Shown piece after piece: positions 18,907-26,757 of a stretch of DNA of 64,000 nucleotides. The first letter of the stretch is position 1; each line of letters begins with the position of its first letter. The position numbers and the translations under genes were made by a program. The stretch is taken from the sequence record NC_028999.1; one strand, written 5' to 3'. The notes beneath the pieces were generated by a model. It worked only from the letters and a program-made list of their open reading frames with translations. It was not told where the DNA came from and searched no databases.

Positions 18907-20312
18907 CTACAACTATTGAAAGTGGAATCACGTTCCTACCGCTGGATCTAACTGGAACAGCGGTTACAAACCGTATCGTGAATGAATCCCACACCCTGAC
19001 TAAAGTTCCAGGTAAAAATAATCGCGTTTTCGTTTGTACCCATGGGGGATACTACACCAATGGGTTTGAACTGCGAGATAACACTGGTCGTGCACTGATT
19101 AGAGGTCGTGATTATGTCATGACCTACCATTATCAACAGCTCACTGAAATGACGGGTAAGGGAGTGTACGGCCTGGTAGTTATTACAGATACCACCGCTG
19201 TATCTCCTGTAAGGGTGAGCTACCAAGCAGTGGGTGGTTTCTTTAGTGTTTCAGCTGATGAGCTTAAGGCACTGCTGGAAAAGCTGACTAACAGCGATGC
19301 CTTGAAGATCACGTGGGAACAGATCGTGGGTAAGCCAGATGCTTATGCACCGGCAGACCACCGACACGAACTTTGGCAGCTGTATGGCATGGAATCCATG
19401 GTCACCAACCTTGATCGGATTGGTGATGCTTGGGCACTTGGGCGTACAGCACTACTTAGTGAAGCCCGTTCGTACTACACCGGTTATCTTCAGCTTGCTC
19501 AACAAGCACTGGATAACTATATTGCACGAGTAAATGCTCACATCACAGACCAGAATAATCCACACCAGACGGATAAGGTTAAGATTGGGCTGAGCTTTAT
19601 CAATAACTGGCCAATGGCAACAGCTGCGCAAACCACGAACGTGAACCTGGATAACGTGTACATGCCCATTGGTGGTATTTACAACATGATCCAGTCTATG
19701 GTTATTCCAGCGTTGATAAACCACATCAGACGCCAGGACAACCCACACCAACTTAAACTCACGGATCTTAACCTATATAGCACCGCACAGATTAACGCCC
19801 TGTACGCAGCTAGATTGGCCAAAACCCAAGCGGCTTATAACTCGAAGTTGTTCGCGGGTAATAACAACTACACGTTGTACATGCAGCCTCGACTTTGGTT
19901 GGACATGGTAAACGTTGACCCAGGATCAATTTTCTCTCGGGATCGCTTTGCTCCGGATATCCCTGGTTGGGGCCCACGTGGATTACCGACCGACTTTGTT
20001 TGGAGTGGGGATAACGTATTCCGGTATTTTCCGACTGTGTTTGAACAATGGAACAACCAATCCAGTAATGTGTACTTCGTTGGTTCAAATAGCGCTACAT
20101 CAGGTCCATCGAACATTTACACCCGCCAAGGTGCTGAGTGGGCTATCCTTAATTCGAACCGCATCTATATCCAAGATATTCCCGTTGGCTCGCATTTTGT
20201 GGGTACCTACTTGCGTAACATGAACGGTGGGCGATATGTGCCACAGTTTGTTATCTGGCGTTATAATGGTGGTGACCGTACATCTTCCAACAGTTACACG
20301 GCCGTTCTATAG
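18900..20312 (+). CDS. Tail fibre protein, paralogue 4
   Basis: LPLDLTG..VTN N-domain plus two NPH repeats; start overlaps the upstream stop. Confidence 0.7.
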   Translation: MVTTTIESGITFLPLDLTGTAVTNRIVNESHTLTKVPGKNNRVFVCTHGGYYTNGFELRDNTGRALIRGRDYVMTYHYQQLTEMTGKGVYGLVVITDTTAVSPVRVSYQAVGGFFSVSADELKALLEKLTNSDALKITWEQIVGKPDAYAPADHRHELWQLYGMESMVTNLDRIGDAWALGRTALLSEARSYYTGYLQLAQQALDNYIARVNAHITDQNNPHQTDKVKIGLSFINNWPMATAAQTTNVNLDNVYMPIGGIYNMIQSMVIPALINHIRRQDNPHQLKLTDLNLYSTAQINALYAARLAKTQAAYNSKLFAGNNNYTLYMQPRLWLDMVNVDPGSIFSRDRFAPDIPGWGPRGLPTDFVWSGDNVFRYFPTVFEQWNNQSSNVYFVGSNSATSGPSNIYTRQGAEWAILNSNRIYIQDIPVGSHFVGTYLRNMNGGRYVPQFVIWRYNGGDRTSSNSYTAVL

Positions 20313-20320
20313 AGGTTAAC

Positions 20321-20917
20321 ATGCATTACATTGCTGCTCACGTATCCGCTGAGTCCGAACGCGTTCCTTCAACCTTGTTGTTTAACAAGATCACAGGGAT
20401 GTTCATTGTTGCAGTCAGTATTCCTTTCGAAGAGTACGAAAATCAAGCGGATTTCTACATCGCCATTGGCGCTGACTTTAATCACGTTAACGACACCGTT
20501 GTCGGTGGTCTCATCATTAAAGAAGATGGGACCTATGTTGAAGACTTTAAAGTCATGTCACGGGATGAAGCCCCGCGGATGGTTTACGAATCTCAGCTGA
20601 ACGCTCAAGCTGAGTACAAAATCACAAAGAAATACTCCATCGTAGATCAGATCAACGTGTTGTCGCGTGCAATCCAAGCCATTGCAAAGAAAGCTGGAGT
20701 TGACGTCTCTGAACTGACAGAGATGCAAGACTACATTGATCTTTGCTTGCAGACTAACGCAACGCAGAAGGCATTCTATCGTGACAACCCCGACATCGTT
20801 TACGTCAGCGACGAACAAAAAGAAGCTGATGACGCCGCCCGATTGGAAGGCGGTCTCCATGAAGCACTTGGCCCAAGAACTGTTGGCGGTATCCGTATTT
20901 CCGGAACAACAGGCTAA
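20321..20917 (+). CDS. Putative tail-fibre assembly/chaperone-like protein
   Basis: GAGG RBS; follows the last fibre gene; helical C-terminus (KITKKYSIVDQINVL). Confidence 0.45.
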   Translation: MHYIAAHVSAESERVPSTLLFNKITGMFIVAVSIPFEEYENQADFYIAIGADFNHVNDTVVGGLIIKEDGTYVEDFKVMSRDEAPRMVYESQLNAQAEYKITKKYSIVDQINVLSRAIQAIAKKAGVDVSELTEMQDYIDLCLQTNATQKAFYRDNPDIVYVSDEQKEADDAARLEGGLHEALGPRTVGGIRISGTTG

Positions 20918-21341
20918 GGACATCGTCGAGTATTTAGACGGGATTAACCCAAGTTACTGGTTCCATCGATCTAAAATCAACAGTATCCCCACCAAAGGGG
21001 ACCCTACTGCGGATTACTATTTCATGGGTGACCGGCAACAACCTACTGAACTACGTAAGTTCCTGTATGACCTAGCCCCTATTATCGACGGGTGGAAACC
21101 TACTGAAATGTGCTTGAACAAGTACGAAGTAGGAAATGGCATGCCTGAACATATTGACCTTGCAATGTATCGCCACAACATGGTTATCGCCTTGTGTGAC
21201 CATGGTGATGGATTGCTAATCAATGGTGAGTTCTACGTGGATACTCCAGGGCAAGGTGTTATCTTACCCTTTAAGTCTCCACCACATGAGGTTCCTCCCG
21301 TCAAGACTAGGCGTTATGTGTTGATCTATCTTTACGAATAG
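20859..21341 (+). CDS. 2OG-Fe(II) oxygenase-like protein
   Basis: LNKYEVG.GMPEHID (HxD) ... PPHEV (distal His) ... RRYVLIY (2OG-binding Arg); likely start ATG 20859. Confidence 0.75.
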   Translation: MKHLAQELLAVSVFPEQQAKDIVEYLDGINPSYWFHRSKINSIPTKGDPTADYYFMGDRQQPTELRKFLYDLAPIIDGWKPTEMCLNKYEVGNGMPEHIDLAMYRHNMVIALCDHGDGLLINGEFYVDTPGQGVILPFKSPPHEVPPVKTRRYVLIYLYE

Positions 21342-21349
21342 GTACTGAT

Positions 21350-21835
21350 ATGTACAAGCATTACGACCCCTTGACCGAAGCTGAGCTGGAAACATTGTTA
21401 ACGTTGAAAGATCAAGTTCCGTTTAAGATTGCCACCAGTTATAAGCGTCGAATGGGCGAGAATGGAAATAAAGCACTGAGTATTTACAATTACTCGAAAT
21501 GGTTCGAGTGGACCAAACCACAGCGTGAGTTGTTCAAAGAAGGCTTCAGTAACGATGCCCTCGATAAAGCTGTTCAGGGTTGGTTCTTGGAACTGCCTGC
21601 TGGTAAAGGTTTTCTTGACCGTATGACCACCTGGGTTGACAAACCTGGTTCAGGTACGATCATTGCAACCGCTCTGAAAGATCAGGACATTCTTCTGGAT
21701 GATAAGTCTGTACACCTAAAGAAAGGCGAACAGATTGGATTCCATCTGAGTACGATCCACCAGATAGCCCCCAGTAAAGAGGGCCAGCTCTGGGCTTGCA
21801 TCATGGTTCGTGGCGACCACGAAAAGCTCACCTGA
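21350..21835 (+). CDS. Cupin/2OG-oxygenase-fold protein with degenerate metal site
   Basis: WFLELPAGKGFLDRM, LKKGEQIGF, IHQIAPS double-stranded beta-helix pattern; proximal His absent. Confidence 0.45.
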   Translation: MYKHYDPLTEAELETLLTLKDQVPFKIATSYKRRMGENGNKALSIYNYSKWFEWTKPQRELFKEGFSNDALDKAVQGWFLELPAGKGFLDRMTTWVDKPGSGTIIATALKDQDILLDDKSVHLKKGEQIGFHLSTIHQIAPSKEGQLWACIMVRGDHEKLT

Positions 21836-21880
21836 AATTCCTGCACAATCTTACAGGTTTCGTATTCTTAAGGATTCATC

Positions 21881-22783
21881 ATGGCTGATTCGTCTAATCC
21901 CATCGATCAGCAGATTATCAACGTCGTACGCACATGCTACGCGTCTTATCTGCAAACGACCAAGTACCTGGGTCTTTCTCCGTTCCGCATGATTGCCAAC
22001 ACTACTCTTAATGAGAAGTTTGGTATTCAGCAGGGCGTTGCCCCTGCTGCCAGTGAAATGCCCAATGTCCGGTACATGGTTATCGGTAACATGGGTCACT
22101 ACACCGTTAAAGCAGCTGATGGTGCTGACGAGGTTGAACCGCGTATCCACCGGTCTAACCACGCAGCACTGTATAACCACATTCCATTCGTACTGCGTGA
22201 GATCACCAATGATCTTCCAGCCGGTGCTACCCGCGACAAATACTGTCTGCGTCGCCTGGAAACCTGGAACGGTAAACAGTACGTGGCTTACTACGGTCGC
22301 CGGATATCGGTAACTGGTGTACAACCCCAGCTGCTGCAAATCGAAATCATCAATGGTGTTGAGACTACCACACCGTACGTCCCAACAGTTGATGACCTGA
22401 ACCCTGTTCCGCCGGATATCTCCAACAATGGTACTGTAATTGGTTCTAACAAGACCATCTCGGCCTCAGCAATCGTCAAGGTTAGCCTTACTGCTGAAGA
22501 GATTCTGGAAATCACCAATGCTCATCGCATCCGTACTGGCTCTGCTCGTTCTCCGATCATTTCGGAAATTGGCCTGTGTTCGGGTGTAGATCGTCTGGTA
22601 GCTGGTCAAGGTTCTGCCGGTAGCTTCCAATACCAGGAAGTGCTGGCCTGCCAGGTCAACGTTCATATCGCAACCAACCATCCGATCGGCTACAGCTCTA
22701 ACGGGTTGAACCTGACCTTCGATATCGGCGGCGTAGAACCGACTCTGGGTGATAAAGCCGTCAACCAAGCAACCTTCGTGTAA
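21881..22783 (+). CDS. Virion structural protein (phiKZ gp139-like)
   Basis: 300 aa; [26 protein letters not shown] motifs; synteny. Confidence 0.6.
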   Translation: MADSSNPIDQQIINVVRTCYASYLQTTKYLGLSPFRMIANTTLNEKFGIQQGVAPAASEMPNVRYMVIGNMGHYTVKAADGADEVEPRIHRSNHAALYNHIPFVLREITNDLPAGATRDKYCLRRLETWNGKQYVAYYGRRISVTGVQPQLLQIEIINGVETTTPYVPTVDDLNPVPPDISNNGTVIGSNKTISASAIVKVSLTAEEILEITNAHRIRTGSARSPIISEIGLCSGVDRLVAGQGSAGSFQYQEVLACQVNVHIATNHPIGYSSNGLNLTFDIGGVEPTLGDKAVNQATFV

Positions 22784-22792
22784 GGATTTGCT

Positions 22793-23356
22793 ATGTTGTG
22801 GCTTCCAGATAGCATTGAACCCTTCCGACTGGCGTCATTCGACCCCGGTTCGAGTAATGTGGGATTGGCTCTCCTGGAAAATAGTTTAGATGGAAATGAC
22901 CCTGTGGTGCGCCAAGCTTTTACGGCGCACCTCAAGGACACCCATCCGGCATATTCTGAGATAACTGATTTGCACGGTTCCCGTACCGTTCGGTTGATGA
23001 TCTTAGCGGACATCGTAACAGATTTCTTGAGAACACATAGACCACATGCGGTCATTGTTGAATCGAACTATTTAGGTAAGTTTGCTAACAGCTTTGCAGC
23101 ACTTGTGGAATGCGTTATCGTCATTCGAAACGCCCTCTATAAGTACGATCCTTTTATTCCGCTTTACACCGTAGATCCTAGTACCGCGAAAATCAATGCG
23201 GGTATGGTTAAGGTGAAAGGCACGGATAAAGAGGACGTCCGCAAAGCACTTCGTAGCCGTACTGACCTTAAATGGGACATTGACATTGATAGTCTTGATG
23301 AACACGCAGTTGATGCGTGTGCCATTGGGTACTACTACATGTGTAAAGTTCTCTGA
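22793..23356 (+). CDS. ruvC: RuvC-like Holliday junction resolvase
   Basis: SFDPGSSNVG (Asp1), VIVES (Glu), DEHAVDACAI (C-terminal Asp pair). Confidence 0.8.
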   Translation: MLWLPDSIEPFRLASFDPGSSNVGLALLENSLDGNDPVVRQAFTAHLKDTHPAYSEITDLHGSRTVRLMILADIVTDFLRTHRPHAVIVESNYLGKFANSFAALVECVIVIRNALYKYDPFIPLYTVDPSTAKINAGMVKVKGTDKEDVRKALRSRTDLKWDIDIDSLDEHAVDACAIGYYYMCKVL

Positions 23357-23366
23357 TGAGGTTTTT

Positions 23367-23870
23367 ATGTTCCAACTGTTAAAGAGTTCTCCACTACGGT
23401 GGGTACTCGTCGGCTTGGTAATAGCCGTCGTTGGTGGTCTTGTCTTTTTCTACAATGAGTATACTGACGCCGTTAGGACAAATGGAGAACTTGTCCAACA
23501 AAACGATAAGCTTGAAAGGATTATCGAGCGTAACAATCAATCAGCGGCCATCACTGATCAGATTGTGTCAGACACTCTAAAACAAACCGTCGATGCGCAG
23601 AAACAGCAGGAACAATCACGAATAGAGGTGATTGATGAGTACATTAACTTGTCCCATCAAACCGCAATTAAATGGCCGACTGCTCCAAAGGGTCCGCCAG
23701 TGGTTGAAATTGGGAATGAGTCGGTTTCGGGTCACGCCACCAAACCGTCCAGTAATGATGTTAGTGGTGATAGTAGGGCTCTCTACGTTCTTGTTACACG
23801 GATGCGCGAACAATACTGCAAAGCCGGAGGAGAGGCCACCTACTGCAATACCCAGTCCACTACTCATTAG
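23367..23870 (+). CDS. i-spanin (Rz-like)
   Basis: ATG 23367 with GAGG RBS; N-terminal TM helix, coiled-coil periplasmic region, C-terminal Cys pair. Confidence 0.65.
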   Translation: MFQLLKSSPLRWVLVGLVIAVVGGLVFFYNEYTDAVRTNGELVQQNDKLERIIERNNQSAAITDQIVSDTLKQTVDAQKQQEQSRIEVIDEYINLSHQTAIKWPTAPKGPPVVEIGNESVSGHATKPSSNDVSGDSRALYVLVTRMREQYCKAGGEATYCNTQSTTH

Positions 23871-24078
23871 GTGCGAACCAGATGAACCGCCTGATCCGTT
23901 GGTGCTCATCAATGCCCTGGATCGATATAAAGGGCAAGGCATAACCGATGTTTGGGAAGCACGCTTTCTGATCATGTCGGAAGCGTGGATGAAACAAACT
24001 GGTAATATTGGGTTATGCAATATCCGAATCGACAAGCTGCGTGATTGGAACACAAAGCAATTTGGTTTGGAGAAGTAA
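23755..24078 (+). CDS. o-spanin (Rz1-like lipoprotein), overlapping the i-spanin
   Basis: Signal peptide MMLVVIVGLSTFLLHG-C lipobox, Pro-rich linker, two further Cys; +1 frame overlap with the i-spanin 3' end. Confidence 0.7.
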   Translation: MMLVVIVGLSTFLLHGCANNTAKPEERPPTAIPSPLLIRCEPDEPPDPLVLINALDRYKGQGITDVWEARFLIMSEAWMKQTGNIGLCNIRIDKLRDWNTKQFGLEK

Positions 24079-24081
24079 GTC

Positions 24082-24489
24082 ATGACGTTAGAAGATACAC
24101 TGTCGAACATGGGTGCTGAACCCATTTCCGCCGCCGAGAACTTCAGGCAGATGATGGCTTTCCTGAACGGAAGTCTTATTCGTGCTGGTCAAGAGAAAGT
24201 TACAGAAGCAACACCTAGTGATCAGGTGTTGCAGGCAATTTACTCTATCCCAGATCAGGCACAGCGTGAAGCTATCCTGTTCCGGGAGTACAAAGAGATG
24301 CCAAAAAAAGATTCGTACAAATCGGTAGTGATTGGCGCAACCACCATTATCGCTGCGATTGTTATCGCTGCATTGGTTGGAATTGTAAAAGCGGAAGGAC
24401 CGATGGATGCTAATACAGCAGATTTGTTTAAATTGATTAGCCAAGGCTTGATCGAGTTACTCAAAGCCATCATTGGTTCCGGACAGTAG
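24082..24489 (+). CDS. Membrane protein, possible holin/antiholin
   Basis: Hydrophobic segment VVIGATTIIAAIVIAALVGIV plus an amphipathic C-terminal helix; directly after the spanins. Confidence 0.4.
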   Translation: MTLEDTLSNMGAEPISAAENFRQMMAFLNGSLIRAGQEKVTEATPSDQVLQAIYSIPDQAQREAILFREYKEMPKKDSYKSVVIGATTIIAAIVIAALVGIVKAEGPMDANTADLFKLISQGLIELLKAIIGSGQ

Positions 24490-24493
24490 AAAA

Positions 24494-24530
24494 TATAAAA
24501 CCTCCCTCGGTTCTCGGGGGAGGTTTTATA
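24494..24530. terminator. Terminator hairpin
   Basis: TATAAAACCTCCC...GGGAGGTTTTATA inverted repeat; TATG at ~24536 downstream. Confidence 0.7.
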
Positions 24531-24582
24531 ATGCTATGTAGGCTGAGTAACTTTTTTCTTAAGCCCCATTAGAGGTTTTAGC

Positions 24583-25110
24583 ATGAGTGATCGTTTCCCA
24601 TACAACCTTCCTTCTAGGGAAGCGCTTGTACGCTTGATCCGAGAAACGTCCAAACATACTGGCATTCAATCGGACTACGTAAGTTTTGAGGACCTGTTCT
24701 ATTCTCCGACAGCGCAAGTTCCTGGTCGTACCTACATCGAAATGGAAGATCATATCGGTGCAGTGAAGGACTGGTTCGTTTTCCGCCGTTTGGATATGGC
24801 CACTGTTCTTGGTAACAACACAATTCTGCAACTGACTGAAGCACCGACTCCAGCGGCAGTTGCTACCGAGATTAACCGTTCCCGTAACATGCAGTTCGGG
24901 CCGGATGACCTGTCGTTCTCTACTGACGTAATCCCACATTCAGAGAACGAATTTATTTATACTGTCCGGGCAATGACTGGTTCGTACGCTTACTACGGTA
25001 GCGTTGACGTAACCATCCGTCTGGTTGGTGGTAGCCCCTATGCTCGGGTATTGGAAGACGGTACTTTCCGTTATACCGAAGATGGCAATCTCCGCGAGCT
25101 TGAACACTAA
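24583..25110 (+). CDS. Virion structural protein (phiKZ gp143-like)
   Basis: GAGG RBS; FVFRRLDMATVL motif shared with 6271..7146. Confidence 0.6.
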   Translation: MSDRFPYNLPSREALVRLIRETSKHTGIQSDYVSFEDLFYSPTAQVPGRTYIEMEDHIGAVKDWFVFRRLDMATVLGNNTILQLTEAPTPAAVATEINRSRNMQFGPDDLSFSTDVIPHSENEFIYTVRAMTGSYAYYGSVDVTIRLVGGSPYARVLEDGTFRYTEDGNLRELEH

Positions 25111-25121
25111 AGGTGAGTAAC

Positions 25122-25922
25122 ATGACATTACTGAAGAAAGGCGACAAGGGTGACGCCGTAAAACAACTACAGCAGAAACTCAAAGACCTTGGGTATACCC
25201 TGGGTGTCGATGGCAACTTCGGTAATGGCACCGATACTGTCGTTCGTTCTTTCCAAACCAAAATGAAGCTTAGTGTTGATGGTGTGGTTGGTAATGGTAC
25301 TATGAGTACTATTGACTCTACTCTAGCAGGCATTAAAGCGTGGAAGACTAGTGTACCTTTCCCTGCGACGAACAAATCCCGAGCAATGGCAATGCCAACG
25401 TTGACTGAAATAGGTCGACTGACAAACGTTGATCCTAAATTGCTAGCGACATTCTGTTCTATCGAAAGCGCGTTTGATTACACAGCTAAACCCTACAAGC
25501 CCGATGGCACAGTGTACAGCTCCGCCGAAGGTTGGTTCCAGTTCCTGGATGCAACATGGGATGACGAAGTGCGTAAACACGGTAAGCAATATAGCTTCCC
25601 TGTTGATCCTGGTCGTTCTTTGCGTAAAGATCCACGGGCTAATGGCTTGATGGGCGCTGAGTTCCTCAAAGGGAATGCTGCTATTCTGCGGCCAGTACTG
25701 GGTCATGAACCGAGCGACACAGATCTTTATCTAGCCCATTTCATGGGAGCAGGTGGCGCAAAACAGTTCCTTATGGCCGATCAAAATAAATTGGCTGCCG
25801 AATTGTTCCCTGGTCCAGCTAAGGCTAATCCTAACATCTTCTATAAATCCGGAAATATTGCCCGCACTTTAGCAGAGGTCTATGCAGTCCTCGATGCTAA
25901 GGTAGCCAAGCATAGAGCTTAA
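25122..25922 (+). CDS. Modular endolysin (PG-binding domain + SLT lytic transglycosylase; KZ144-like)
   Basis: LKKGDKGDAVKQLQ..L..LGY...VDG.FG..T PG-binding domain; SIESAF catalytic Glu; GWFQFL..TW; DTDLYLAHF; strongly similar to phiKZ gp144 as I recall it. Confidence 0.92.
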   Translation: MTLLKKGDKGDAVKQLQQKLKDLGYTLGVDGNFGNGTDTVVRSFQTKMKLSVDGVVGNGTMSTIDSTLAGIKAWKTSVPFPATNKSRAMAMPTLTEIGRLTNVDPKLLATFCSIESAFDYTAKPYKPDGTVYSSAEGWFQFLDATWDDEVRKHGKQYSFPVDPGRSLRKDPRANGLMGAEFLKGNAAILRPVLGHEPSDTDLYLAHFMGAGGAKQFLMADQNKLAAELFPGPAKANPNIFYKSGNIARTLAEVYAVLDAKVAKHRA

Positions 25923-25931
25923 GGAATAAAC

Positions 25932-26630
25932 ATGGCTAAGGCTACAAAAATCTCCGAATACGAAATTCTAACCGAGCTTACCGGTGACGAATACGTTGAG
26001 GTAATTGCACCCACCCCTGAAGGGGAACAACCTTTTAAAAACTACCGTGTATCGACGGCTAAGTTTGGTATGGGTAAATCCGCCTATGAACTGGCGGTTG
26101 AAGGTGGTTACACCGGCACTCAGGAAGAATGGCTGGCATCACTGCAAGGTGAATCAGCTTATCAAATCGCGGTTAAGTATGGCTATACCGGTTCCGAAGC
26201 CGAATGGAATGCCGTGTTTGATACCATCTACATTCGCGATGCATCTTCGGCCGGTAAGATCCTCGTAGTTGGTACGGCCGGTACACCGGAGTGGCAAGCT
26301 TTGACTAAGACCCGCGTTGGTCTGGATCAAGTGGATAATACTGCTGACGCCGATAAACCGATTTCCAACGCCGTAGCGGTAGCCCTGGCCAGTAAAGCGG
26401 ATCTGGGCGAAGACGGTAAGATTAATCCAGAACAACTCCCAGCTTCGACTGCCCCGGTTGCAGCCACTGTGGAAGAGGTTCTGGAAGGAGTAGATAATAC
26501 CAAGTTTATTACAGCTGAAACAGTATTTGCTCTGCTGGCTGAAATTGGTATTACAAAAGACGGCAGCGGTAATTGGACCATTGATAGTTCCAAGCTGAAC
26601 CCGCAACCTGAATTCCCAGTCGTGCCGTAA
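25932..26630 (+). CDS. Fibre/virion structural protein with SAY repeats
   Basis: N-terminus shared with 26758..29493; two G.SAY..AV..GY.G...EW repeats. Confidence 0.6.
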   Translation: MAKATKISEYEILTELTGDEYVEVIAPTPEGEQPFKNYRVSTAKFGMGKSAYELAVEGGYTGTQEEWLASLQGESAYQIAVKYGYTGSEAEWNAVFDTIYIRDASSAGKILVVGTAGTPEWQALTKTRVGLDQVDNTADADKPISNAVAVALASKADLGEDGKINPEQLPASTAPVAATVEEVLEGVDNTKFITAETVFALLAEIGITKDGSGNWTIDSSKLNPQPEFPVVP

Positions 26631-26639
26631 AAATATACT

Positions 26640-26668
26640 GGAGTCCCTTAGGGGACTCCTTTATGTCG
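26640..26668 (+). terminator. Hairpin followed by TTTATGTCG
   Basis: GGAGTCCC-TTAG-GGGACTCC-tt-TATGTCG. Confidence 0.7.
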
Positions 26669-26757
26669 ACTTTAAAATGCCTTACTGTATGAGTCTTATT
26701 TCTCTTAAGACGTGTAAGAAGTAGTTGAAAGACTCTCTTCACCCAAAGGAAGACACA

